A stretch of 64,000 nucleotides of DNA, taken from contig CAVSZG010000002.1 of the NCBI GenBank assembly GCA_963732405.1, positions 22,059-86,058 of the forward strand. Reading direction: 5' to 3'. This DNA is from an uncultured beta proteobacterium (GTDB lineage: Bacteria; Pseudomonadota; Gammaproteobacteria; Burkholderiales; Burkholderiaceae_E). Shown here one piece after another: positions 48,100 through 57,293 of the stretch. Within the stretch, counting starts at the first letter, position 1; each line of letters starts with the position of its first letter. A program made the translations under genes and the position numbers. The notes under the pieces are model-generated. The model ran no database searches. It was not told where the DNA came from and was given only the letters and a program-made list of their open reading frames with translations.

Positions 48100-48894
48100 A
48101 TGGCCATCGTGCAAGTGAATGGTGTGTCGTTCAACGTGCGCATCGACGGCCAGGAGAGCAATCCCTGGCTGATTCTGTCGAATTCGCTCGGTTCGACCCT
48201 CGCAATGTGGGACCATCAGATCGACCTGCTCACGACGACCTGGCGCGTGCTGCGTTATGACACTCGTGGTCATGGCCGCAGCGAGGTGCCTCCGGGCCCC
48301 TATCGTCTCGACGATCTGGTGGCCGACGTGATCGGCCTCATGGATGCCCATGCGATCAAGGAGGCCGCGTTCATGGGCTTGTCGATGGGCGGCATGACCG
48401 GCCTGGGGCTGGCACTTGCCCATCCGGACCGGATCCGCCGGGTCGTCTGCTGCGACACCCGGGCCGATGCGTCCGAGGGCTGGGCGAAACTCTGGAACGA
48501 TCGGATTCAGTTCGTCCGGGACAACGGCATGGCGGCGATGGTGCCGACCACGATGCAGCGTTGGTTGATGACCTCCACCCGATCCGCCAAACCGGGTTGT
48601 GCGAAATGGCTCGGCGACATGATTGCCGCGACGCCGGTCGAAGGATATATCGGATGCGCCGCAGCGATCCGCGAGATCGACTATCTCAAGGATCTGCCCA
48701 GGATCAAGATCCCCGTGTTGTATGTCGGCGGAGATTCGGATGCCGGGGCGCCGCCGGACGTGATGCAGGCCATGGCCAAGGCCACACCGGGAGCGGCCTA
48801 CTACACCGTTCCGGGGGCTGCACACATCGCGAACATTGATAATCCAGGGGGATTCAACGCCGCGATCTCGACATTTCTCGATCTGCGCACCTGA
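48100..48894 (+). CDS. alpha/beta hydrolase, 3-oxoadipate enol-lactonase-like
   Basis: LILSNSLGSTLAMWDHQ...RYDTRGHGRS...GLSMGGMTG...GAAHIANIDNP. A GGAAGGAAGGA RBS is present. Confidence 0.8.
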   Translation: MAIVQVNGVSFNVRIDGQESNPWLILSNSLGSTLAMWDHQIDLLTTTWRVLRYDTRGHGRSEVPPGPYRLDDLVADVIGLMDAHAIKEAAFMGLSMGGMTGLGLALAHPDRIRRVVCCDTRADASEGWAKLWNDRIQFVRDNGMAAMVPTTMQRWLMTSTRSAKPGCAKWLGDMIAATPVEGYIGCAAAIREIDYLKDLPRIKIPVLYVGGDSDAGAPPDVMQAMAKATPGAAYYTVPGAAHIANIDNPGGFNAAISTFLDLRT

Positions 48895-49020
48895 GTCAGA
48901 CGCTCCGCCTGTTCGATCGGTCCTGGCGGGCCAATCGGTCGTCACAATTGCGCGATCGGTCGGCGCAGTGTCAGAATGGCCCGATAACGAACAAATCACT
49001 CACGAGGCAGGAGAGACCCG

Positions 49021-49809
49021 ATGAAATCGAATGCGGTCAAGGCGGAATGCATGGCGGGCGAAAGCGTTGCCGGGGCGATGGTCTTCGAGTTCTTTTCACC
49101 TGGCATCGCCACCATCCTGGTCAACGCCGGTTGCCGCTTCGTGATCTACGACATGGAGCATAGCGGCCTGGGTTACGAGTCTCTGAAGACCCTGTTTGCC
49201 AGTTGCCGGGGTCTGCCGATTGAACCCATGGTCCGGGTCCCGCGCGGCGAATACAGCTTCCTGGCACGGGCGCTGGACATCGGGGCGCGTGGCGTGATGA
49301 TCCCGATGGTTGAGGATGAAGCCCAGGCCCGGGCGATTGCCGAAGCCTGTCATTACCCGCCGATGGGACGACGAGGCGCGGCTTTCGGGATGGCTCATGA
49401 TGACTACAGCGGCGGTTCGGTCAGCGACAAGGTTGCGCTGGCCAACGAGCGCACCCTGGTCATCGCACAGATCGAGACCGAGCGGGGGCTGAACCATGTC
49501 GATGCCATCGCCAGGGTGCCGGGGATCGATGTGCTCTGGCTCGGCCATTTTGATCTGTCCAATTTTCTCGGCATTCCCGGCGCATTCGACGATCCGCGTT
49601 TCGACGAGGCGATGAAACAGATTGCCAGGGTTGCCCGAGCCCATGGCAAGGGCGCCGGGTTCATGGCGACCGACGCCCGGTGGGCCGACAGGGCCCGCTC
49701 GGCCGGTTACAACATGATTGCGGCTGGCACCGATCATGGCCTGCTGCAACTGGCCGTGACTGATCTGGTCACGCAAATCAGTGGCGCCGGCCAACGGGGC
49801 AAATCATGA
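49021..49809 (+). CDS. HpcH/HpaI-family aldolase
   Basis: VIYDMEHSG...VRVPRGEY...GVMIPMVEDEAQA...AQIETERGLNHVDAIA. Confidence 0.85.
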   Translation: MKSNAVKAECMAGESVAGAMVFEFFSPGIATILVNAGCRFVIYDMEHSGLGYESLKTLFASCRGLPIEPMVRVPRGEYSFLARALDIGARGVMIPMVEDEAQARAIAEACHYPPMGRRGAAFGMAHDDYSGGSVSDKVALANERTLVIAQIETERGLNHVDAIARVPGIDVLWLGHFDLSNFLGIPGAFDDPRFDEAMKQIARVARAHGKGAGFMATDARWADRARSAGYNMIAAGTDHGLLQLAVTDLVTQISGAGQRGKS

Positions 49810-50795
49810 GCTTTCGTGTCGGCCTGACCCGCGATCTGCTCACGCCGTCGGGCGATCCATCATTCGGCAACGGCCCGCTCGAGATCCTGGATTCGTGCGA
49901 GCGCATTCAGTGGGAGTATCTGCCCGAGACAGTCGACGAGATCACACCCGATATCGCCGCGCGCTACGATGGGCTCTATGTGAATTCGCCGCGAGTGACT
50001 GCGGCCTCGGTCGCCCGCGCGGACTGCCGCGTCAAGATCATCGCGCGTCACGGCGTGGGTTACGACAGCGTCGATGTCGCGGCGCTGGCCGGACGGGACA
50101 TCATTGTGACTAACACGCCGGTTGCCGTTCGGCGCCCCGTGGCAGTCGCCGTGCTCACGCTTGCCTTTGCGCTGGCCGGTCGCTTGTTCGCCAAGCATGC
50201 GCTCACCCGCGAAAACCGCTGGCACGAACGCACCGGGCACATGGGCCTGGGGCTGACCAGCCGGACGCTCGGCGTGATTGGTGTGGGCGGTATCGGAAGC
50301 GAGCTGCTGGCACTGGCCGCGCCGTTCGGGTGGCGAATGATTGCGCACGATCCCGCCGTTGATTCGGATCGCATGGCCGCCCTGGGCGCGACCAAGGTCG
50401 ATCTCGAGCAACTGATGGGGGAAGCCGATTTCGTGGTGCTGACCTGCATTCTGTCGCCGCAGACCCGGCACCTGATCAACGCGGGCCGGCTCGCACGGAT
50501 GAAGCCCACCGCGTTTCTCATCAACATGGCACGCGGTCCGGTTGTCGATGAAGCGGCCCTGATCGAGGCATTGCGGGCCGGTCAACTGGCGGGGGCGGCT
50601 CTGGATGTGTTCGAGCAGGAACCGGTGGCGGCAGACAATCCGCTACTCACCATGGACAATGTCATCGTCACGCCGCATGCCTTGTGCTGGACCGACGAGT
50701 GCTTCGACCAGATTGCGCGGGAAGGCCTGAACTGCCTGGCTGATTTCGCTCAGGGGCGGCGACCTCGCTCCGTCGTCGCCCCACCAGCGAGCTGA
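49806..50795 (+). CDS. D-isomer-specific 2-hydroxyacid dehydrogenase
   Basis: GVIGVGGIGSELL (NAD fold) and ARGPVVDEAALIEAL...LDVFEQEP...TPHAL. An ATGA overlap links it to the aldolase. Confidence 0.85.
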   Translation: MSFRVGLTRDLLTPSGDPSFGNGPLEILDSCERIQWEYLPETVDEITPDIAARYDGLYVNSPRVTAASVARADCRVKIIARHGVGYDSVDVAALAGRDIIVTNTPVAVRRPVAVAVLTLAFALAGRLFAKHALTRENRWHERTGHMGLGLTSRTLGVIGVGGIGSELLALAAPFGWRMIAHDPAVDSDRMAALGATKVDLEQLMGEADFVVLTCILSPQTRHLINAGRLARMKPTAFLINMARGPVVDEAALIEALRAGQLAGAALDVFEQEPVAADNPLLTMDNVIVTPHALCWTDECFDQIAREGLNCLADFAQGRRPRSVVAPPAS

Positions 50796-50817
50796 TCGGA
50801 AACGGGAGGCGCGGCGA

Positions 50818-51957
50818 TCAGTTGGTCTGTTCACCGCGTTCGAACACCAGGTTCGCCCGACCCACGATCAACGGATCGACCGGACCGATGCGCTCCAGAT
50901 CCTTGCCTGGGTACGGCATCTTGTGCAGCACGTAGCGCAAGGCATTCAGCCGTGCGCGTTTCTTGCAATCGGATTTCACGACCGTCCAGGGGCAGTCTGC
51001 CGTATCGGTGTGAAAAAACATGGCTTCCTTGGCCTTGGTGTATTCGTCCCATTTGTCCAGCGAAGCCAGATCGACCGGGCTCAGCTTCCACTGCTTGAGC
51101 GGATGCGTCTTGCGCTCCAGGAAGCGTCGTCGCTGTTCTTCCTGGCTGACCGAGAACCAGAACTTGAGCAGATGGACCCTGCTATGGGCCAGGTGCCGCT
51201 CGAATTCGGGACACTGACGCATGAACTCGAGATACTCCTCGTCGGAACAAAAACCCATGACCCGCTCGACGCCCGCCCGGTTATACCAGGAGCGGTCAAA
51301 CAACACCATCTCACCCGCGGTGGGCAGGTGTTGCACATAACGTTGGAAGTACCATTGCCCACGCTCATCGTCGGTGGGCTTGGCCAGAGCAACGACCCGG
51401 GCGCCCCGTGGATTCAGGTGTTCCATGAAGCGCTTGATCGTGCCACCCTTGCCGGCTGCATCGCGCCCCTCGAACAGCATCACCACGCGCTGGTTGGTTT
51501 CCTTCACCCAGTTCTGCAGTTTGAGCAGTTCGACCTGGAGCTGATATTTCTGAGCTTCATATCGACGGCGGGACATCTTGTTCCTATACGGATACGCGCC
51601 AAGGCGCCACTGGTCGGACAACTCCTCGTCGGGGTGGCTCTTGTCGTTGCCCGACGCGCGCGACTGCAGGGCACGTCGCACGAGATCCAGTTCATCGATC
51701 GATGCATCGCCCAGCAGCGAATTGATGGCAGCCCGAACGGTTTCATCGCCGTCCTTGGCCAGTGCCCCGGAAACATCCTGAACGGCCGCTACCTGGGTGA
51801 GCACCGCGCCTGCGCCGGCATCCTCGACCGTATTGCGCCGATGTGTTCTCGCGCTTTCGACCGGTTTGCGTTTGATTGTCTGGACCCGATCGGCAAGCTC
51901 GGGCGCACCGTCCTTACCGTTGGCGGATTTTCGTAAGGCGTTGGGACGACTCGTCAT
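50818..51957 (-). CDS. ppk2: polyphosphate kinase 2
   Basis: VVMLFEGRDAAGKGGTIKRF...RGQWYFQRYVQHLP...LFDRSWYNRAGVERVMGF. AGGAGGAAG lies before the ATG at 51957. Confidence 0.9.
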   Translation of the reverse strand: MTSRPNALRKSANGKDGAPELADRVQTIKRKPVESARTHRRNTVEDAGAGAVLTQVAAVQDVSGALAKDGDETVRAAINSLLGDASIDELDLVRRALQSRASGNDKSHPDEELSDQWRLGAYPYRNKMSRRRYEAQKYQLQVELLKLQNWVKETNQRVVMLFEGRDAAGKGGTIKRFMEHLNPRGARVVALAKPTDDERGQWYFQRYVQHLPTAGEMVLFDRSWYNRAGVERVMGFCSDEEYLEFMRQCPEFERHLAHSRVHLLKFWFSVSQEEQRRRFLERKTHPLKQWKLSPVDLASLDKWDEYTKAKEAMFFHTDTADCPWTVVKSDCKKRARLNALRYVLHKMPYPGKDLERIGPVDPLIVGRANLVFERGEQTN

Positions 51958-52044
51958 TGAACTTCCTCCTGGCAATTGAACATGGTGCCTCGTGCTGGTT
52001 CGCGAGGAATTGATTCAGGTCAATGAATTTCCGGTCGGCCGGCC

Positions 52045-54039
52045 TCACAACGGCGGCCTGACACGCAACACAGGTTCCGGAACCGGCCGAAAGCCCGAGG
52101 GTGTTCCGGGCTGCTCCAGCGAGCTAGCCAGTGCGTCCAGGGCAGCGATGGCCTGGAGCAGCGCATCGCGCTGAGCCGTGCTCATGGCTGCGACATATCC
52201 GGGTGGGCCCTGGACCGGGTCTGATCTGCCATCCGACTCATATCGCATGATCAGATCGTTGAGTTTGGTCGCATGAGGCAGGTCGAGTGCCAGGCCCTCG
52301 ATCAGGCCCGGTGCGCGTGCCTCCAGCATTCGCAGCAGCACGCTCAGACGGATGAAGCGATGCTCGTCCCATCCGCCCACCTTGCCCGAGCGTGCATCCG
52401 ACGGTGCAAACCGGGTGATCAACTGCTCGGCCGCCCATTCACCCAGTGAGGCGAGCCGAGTCATGGTCGAGAGGTCCATGTCCAGATTCAGTCCGCCCTG
52501 GCCCTCTGGCAAGGCGACCCTGACGACCCGGTCACGAACGCCGGGCATCCGGGCGAGTGAATTGTCATTCCAGTTCTGCATGGCCGAGACGATGGCCAGG
52601 CCGAAGCCGAGCAATCGTCCGAATGCCGTGCGCTGGTCGGCGAACCGATTCCATCGTTCATCGTAGCCCTCGTCGTATCGAGTGGGCAGATAGACCGGCT
52701 GCGACGATGGGGTTTCGCGTTCGAGATTGATCGCGAAGGTGGGCCAACTCGGCAGCAGGCTGTCGAACAGATGCACCGGAAAATTGGAGCTGATGCCGCC
52801 ATCGGCGAACCAGCACCGCCGGATGGAGGGCTCGGCCGACCCGCTGCCCGTGTCATGGGCATACAGTGGTACGGCGGACAACAACAGCGGAAAGGCCAGG
52901 CTCATGCGGGCCGCCATCAGCACCGGCAGATCACCGGCTGTTGGCAGCAGGCGCAGATGGGCATGCGTGTCGAGCGGGCATTGAGCAGAACGGCCATTCA
53001 TCCAGATCACAACGCCGGCGGGAATCAGCCGAGCGAGTTCGACCGGATCATAATAAAGACGCTCTCGACCGAACTCGCCATTCTCCCCATCGTCATCCAC
53101 GGCGAGCGGGAACACATACGGCCGGCCGTGACTCAGATTGGTTGAAAAAGTTTGCAGGTCGATCGATCGGTTGCTGTTATCGCTGCTCAGACCGGTACTC
53201 TTCAGTGGCGACCCCTCGGCCTGCCAGAGGTCCTTGAAGGTCAGCGGATCATCGTCAACCTGGCGGCCGGCGGCCTCCTGCACCGTACGGTGAAGCCAGG
53301 GCGTCAATGCCTCGACATCGTCGCGCTCGGACATGCCCGTACAGAGGCCGAAGCCATTGGGTACGACGCCGCGCAGCAGATCGGCCAACAGCCAACCCAC
53401 CATGCCAGCCACCAGGCTGATCGTCGTGACTGAAGCACTGGCCAGAACACTGCCCGACAGACGCAGGACTGTGATGCCGGCCACCACGGCGACCAGGACG
53501 ACCGGCCAGTAGGCCGTGACCATGGCTTGCGCGATCTTCAACCCTCGCTGCCAGGCCGAGCGTCTGTTCAGTGCCAGGGCCAGTACGTTGAACAGGCGAC
53601 GGGTGCCTGACTGGGGTTGAAACAGTTTGAACAGGCGGCTTCTGTCCTCATCAGAATCGCGCCGACCCAGGTAGTCGGGCAGTGCGCCAAGCAGTTCGAA
53701 GCCGGCATCACCCCTGCCGCAGCGACGTCGATACTCGGCTGCGGCAGCAATCACCGCCGCGATCGCGCCGACTGAACTGCCACCGATGCTGTGAAAGTGA
53801 TAGGTCTTTGACAGACGCCAGATCGCCCTGGGGTAGACGACACCGCTGGCAATGCCACCTTTCATCACGAGGTCGCAGAATCGGGGCGACTCGCCTGGCT
53901 CGGAGTCGGGCATGAGCTTCACGCGGAATGGCCGTGCCAGTTGCACGGTTCCAGCATAATCCGTTCGATCTCCGGGCACCACCCCGAGACGGGATAAGGG
54001 TCGTCCTGCCCCATCCTGATCGAGTCCATCGTGTTGCAT
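52045..54039 (-). CDS. patatin-like phospholipase with an inserted hydrophobic region
   Basis: KGGIASGVVYP (oxyanion), IGGSSVG (GxSxG), FADGGISSNFP (DGG). An alternative start is MPDSEPG at 53913. Confidence 0.8.
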   Translation of the reverse strand: MQHDGLDQDGAGRPLSRLGVVPGDRTDYAGTVQLARPFRVKLMPDSEPGESPRFCDLVMKGGIASGVVYPRAIWRLSKTYHFHSIGGSSVGAIAAVIAAAAEYRRRCGRGDAGFELLGALPDYLGRRDSDEDRSRLFKLFQPQSGTRRLFNVLALALNRRSAWQRGLKIAQAMVTAYWPVVLVAVVAGITVLRLSGSVLASASVTTISLVAGMVGWLLADLLRGVVPNGFGLCTGMSERDDVEALTPWLHRTVQEAAGRQVDDDPLTFKDLWQAEGSPLKSTGLSSDNSNRSIDLQTFSTNLSHGRPYVFPLAVDDDGENGEFGRERLYYDPVELARLIPAGVVIWMNGRSAQCPLDTHAHLRLLPTAGDLPVLMAARMSLAFPLLLSAVPLYAHDTGSGSAEPSIRRCWFADGGISSNFPVHLFDSLLPSWPTFAINLERETPSSQPVYLPTRYDEGYDERWNRFADQRTAFGRLLGFGLAIVSAMQNWNDNSLARMPGVRDRVVRVALPEGQGGLNLDMDLSTMTRLASLGEWAAEQLITRFAPSDARSGKVGGWDEHRFIRLSVLLRMLEARAPGLIEGLALDLPHATKLNDLIMRYESDGRSDPVQGPPGYVAAMSTAQRDALLQAIAALDALASSLEQPGTPSGFRPVPEPVLRVRPPL

Positions 54040-54070
54040 ACTCTGGGTTCACCAACCTGCCGAATGTCGA

Positions 54071-54964
54071 ATGTCGAGACTGTTTTTTGCCGTCGTGGCT
54101 CGACGCCTTTCACTGCTCGGGATCGTCGTCGTGCTGGCGGGATGTCAGGCCATTCCGCTCAGTACCGGGACCGAATCCACGCCGGCGGGCCAGGCCTTGT
54201 TCATCGCTGCGGCCAGTGCCCACGGCCGGGACCGGTTCGAACGTCTGGTCGACATCAGCGTGCGCTACGACAGCCATTGGTACCGACTGGTCAAACGCCT
54301 GCAACCCGTGCTGGTCGATGCCGGTTACCGCGGCGGATCGGAGGAGCGGATCCTGCCGCGTGAATCACTGATCGCCCAGATCCATACCGGCGAATCCGGA
54401 CAAAAATATGTGCTGCGCTCTCGGGGACCAGCCGGGCGGATGGTCAAGGTGAGCTATGACGGCCAGCCCAGCAGCAATGATGAGGTTCGTGACGCGGCGT
54501 CGCTCGTGGCCGATGCGTATCGCGTGTTTCTGCTCGGCCCGCTTGCCTTCCTGGACGGCCGACAGGTGTTCGAGGATATCGGGCCGACAACCCTCGCGGG
54601 TCGCCTGACGGATCGGTTGTTGATCCGCGCCCGGCCAGGTCTTGGCGTGTCGACCGAAGATCGATTCATTCTGTACCTCGACCGTGAGGATCGGCTGATG
54701 CGCCGGGTCCGATTCTCGCTCGAGGGCCTGGCCAGCACCCAGGGAGCGATCGTCGAGGTCGATACCACCGACCATATCGAGCGTGCCGGCATCATGTGGC
54801 CGACGCGTTTTCACGAGCGCATCCGACAACCCATCCCATTGCTGCCGGCGCATCGATGGTCTCTGATCGGCCTGGATCTCGATCGTGGCTTCGGTCCTGC
54901 CGATATCAATCAGGGGGCTTTCACAGCGAACGCCGCCGCTCCCGCACGAGCTCTCGAACCATGA
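54071..54964 (+). CDS. hypothetical lipoprotein
   Basis: MSRLFFAVVARRLSLLGIVVVLAGCQ has a lipobox. I recognise no family. Confidence 0.5.
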   Translation: MSRLFFAVVARRLSLLGIVVVLAGCQAIPLSTGTESTPAGQALFIAAASAHGRDRFERLVDISVRYDSHWYRLVKRLQPVLVDAGYRGGSEERILPRESLIAQIHTGESGQKYVLRSRGPAGRMVKVSYDGQPSSNDEVRDAASLVADAYRVFLLGPLAFLDGRQVFEDIGPTTLAGRLTDRLLIRARPGLGVSTEDRFILYLDREDRLMRRVRFSLEGLASTQGAIVEVDTTDHIERAGIMWPTRFHERIRQPIPLLPAHRWSLIGLDLDRGFGPADINQGAFTANAAAPARALEP

Positions 54965-55458
54965 ATCGTCTGTCGACTTATTTATCCGGCCTGCTCATCC
55001 TCGTCTTGCTCTCTGGCTGCGCGTTGTTTGGCGGATACCAGGAGCCCATGGTGAAAGTGGTCGGACTCGACCCCTTACCCAGCGAGGGTCTTGAACTGCG
55101 ATTCGCGCTCAAGATGCGATTACAGAATCCCAACGAGACGGCGATCGACTTCGACGGCGTGTCGGTATCTCTGGACATCGATGGTCGAGGCCTGGCCAGT
55201 GGCGTGAGCGATCAACGAGGCACGGTGCCACGCTTCGGCGAATCCGTGATTGATGTGCCGATTTCCATTTCCGCGTTCACGGCGCTGCGGCAGGCCTTGG
55301 GCATGATGAGCGAGACCCGTACCGATTCGGCGCTGCCCTACTCGTTACAGGGCCGCTTCGGTGGCAGCCAGTTTGGCGGGCTACGGTTCAGCGGGGCTGG
55401 CACCATCGATCTGCCGGCACTGGGCGGCCAGGCGCAAAAGCAGAAAAATTCCCGATGA
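54961..55458 (+). CDS. LEA_2/WHy-like lipoprotein
   Basis: Lipobox LLSGCA. The segment VKVVGLDPLPSEGLELRFALKMRLQNPNETAIDFDGVSVSLDIDGRGLASG is typical of LEA type-2. An ATGA overlap links it to the upstream gene. Confidence 0.6.
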   Translation: MNRLSTYLSGLLILVLLSGCALFGGYQEPMVKVVGLDPLPSEGLELRFALKMRLQNPNETAIDFDGVSVSLDIDGRGLASGVSDQRGTVPRFGESVIDVPISISAFTALRQALGMMSETRTDSALPYSLQGRFGGSQFGGLRFSGAGTIDLPALGGQAQKQKNSR

Positions 55459-55488
55459 GCGCCCACGTGCGTGCGAGAAGCCTGCCCG

Positions 55489-56328
55489 TCAATCGGCCAT
55501 CCTGGGCCGGATCATCATGGTCTGAGCGAATTGTCGGTCGTCGCTGTCGACTACCCGCACCGACATCTCGCCGTCGCCCTCGGGCATGACCCAGAAACGA
55601 AAGTTCGGATTCTCGCTGATCGAAAAATCGATATCCGCTTCGAGTACGGCAGCATTGCCATAACGAACCGAAAAATGCCGCACGAAGTGGGCAGACTGCG
55701 GCTGCTGGGTCGACGGGTTGATGGCGAAACCCGATGAATTCGGATGCCTGACCATGAGTTGCGCGAGCAGTGGCTCGCCCTGCACGGGCGTACCCCTGAG
55801 TCGCAAACGAACGTCGCCGTAGTCGGGTGCCTGGCGATCGGGATCCTTGTTCATCGGCACCGAGCAGCCGCCCGATGCCTGCACATGATGCGCCGCCTGA
55901 TGCAGACTGCCGTCGCTCAGGCGCGCAATCGCCCGCACCTGACCCGGCTTGTCGATTCGCACCCGGGTTTCGATATCGGCGCGTGCGCTCAGTTGCATGA
56001 ATCGGAATTCGGCGGCCAGCGGCGAAGGATTGCCGTCAATGACCAGCCAGATCCGTTCGATCCGTCGGCTGTCGTCCCGCAATAGCCGCCCTTCTATCCC
56101 GACCGGAACCACTGAGGCATCCATTGCCCGGTCGGGTACGTTCAGCGTTATGACCTGACCCGCGGTATCGCTGCGAATCTCGTCCGCGCCAAACAACTGG
56201 AATCTGAGCGCCTGCCACACCGCAGAGGGATCGTTCTGCGCGCGCGCAGAGCCCCAGGTCAGCGCGGCGGCTACGGTGGTGAAAAGGATCAGGACCCGCG
56301 CGGCTGCACCCCGCCTAGCGAAATTCAT
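55489..56328 (-). CDS. SoxYZ-like carrier protein associated with quinoprotein dehydrogenases
   Basis: A SoxY-like half with a GGC motif plus a SoxZ-like half (VRHPNSSGF...FRFWV). It lies next to a PQQ dehydrogenase and a cytochrome c. The start is MNFARRG at 56328. Confidence 0.6.
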   Translation of the reverse strand: MNFARRGAAARVLILFTTVAAALTWGSARAQNDPSAVWQALRFQLFGADEIRSDTAGQVITLNVPDRAMDASVVPVGIEGRLLRDDSRRIERIWLVIDGNPSPLAAEFRFMQLSARADIETRVRIDKPGQVRAIARLSDGSLHQAAHHVQASGGCSVPMNKDPDRQAPDYGDVRLRLRGTPVQGEPLLAQLMVRHPNSSGFAINPSTQQPQSAHFVRHFSVRYGNAAVLEADIDFSISENPNFRFWVMPEGDGEMSVRVVDSDDRQFAQTMMIRPRMAD

Positions 56329-56830
56329 CGCATTGGCGTTTGTTCTTGCCCCAGAAGGCTTCACACTCAGCATAGGTCGGTGCCCCCCTGCCCTTGATCT
56401 GGGCGACGACATAGGTGACAACAGAGTCGATCTGCCGGTCGCTGAGCAGCTTGGGTGCCAGCGGTGGCAGGTGGTCGCCGAATTCGACCCGGGTCCGGTC
56501 GTAGCAGCCCTTGTCATCATCCTGCTGATAGGACTGGCGCCCGTGGTAGGGCATGCCCGTGCCCGGTATGCCACAGCGAACCACCCGCGCAATGTTCTGC
56601 GCGTCCAGCTGAGTGCCACGCAGCGACAAGGCTTTGCCGCCATAGCCACCGCCACCTTGTCCATGCCATTTGTGGCAGCCCATGCAATTGGCCATCTTGA
56701 ACACCTTCAGGCCGGCCTCGATGTCAACCGCATTGGCTGACAAGGCAGGACCCGCGGTCAACAACATGGCCAGCACGGCCACTGCAGATCCACAACGTGC
56801 GGCGGTCGCGTTGATCCCGGTTCGTCTCAT
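56315..56830 (-). CDS. c-type cytochrome
   Basis: A signal peptide and the haem motif CMGCH. Confidence 0.8.
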   Translation of the reverse strand: MRRTGINATAARCGSAVAVLAMLLTAGPALSANAVDIEAGLKVFKMANCMGCHKWHGQGGGGYGGKALSLRGTQLDAQNIARVVRCGIPGTGMPYHGRQSYQQDDDKGCYDRTRVEFGDHLPPLAPKLLSDRQIDSVVTYVVAQIKGRGAPTYAECEAFWGKNKRQCDEFR

Positions 56831-56860
56831 CCAGGCGATTCCTTTCAAACCATCCACGAT

Positions 56861-57274
56861 CTACTTCTTCCCCGTGTCCTGGCGCTTGATGTTGCGATCG
56901 AGCACCTTGGCGACGATGTCGAGCTGGAATTCGCCTGCCGCCCCTACCACATTGGTAATGACGATACCGTCACCCTTGATTCGGGCGGACAGGCTTTGAT
57001 GGCCAAGATCGGACAAGACCTGCGCCGCATCCTGCCTGACCGAGAACCTGACGGGTTCGGATTCGACGTTCCGAACCCGCCAGATGAGCTGGACCGTGTT
57101 GTCGGGCCAGACCACCGAGAACGGTTGACTGTAAGCACCGCTGCCATCGGCCTGGGCCGACACCTGGACCGTCAACAGCAGGTCTTCGCGGAAGGTGGGA
57201 TTGTTGTGGGCCCAGACCGGGGCCCACAACATGGCTGCAACAATCAAAACCGGCACCCATCTGACCAGATTCAT
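56861..57274 (-). CDS. hypothetical periplasmic protein in the PQQ-ADH cluster
   Basis: Signal peptide MNLVRWVPVLIVAAMLWAPVWA. I recognise no family. Confidence 0.5.
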   Translation of the reverse strand: MNLVRWVPVLIVAAMLWAPVWAHNNPTFREDLLLTVQVSAQADGSGAYSQPFSVVWPDNTVQLIWRVRNVESEPVRFSVRQDAAQVLSDLGHQSLSARIKGDGIVITNVVGAAGEFQLDIVAKVLDRNIKRQDTGKK

Positions 57275-57293
57275 TCAGTCAACCTGTCTTTGC

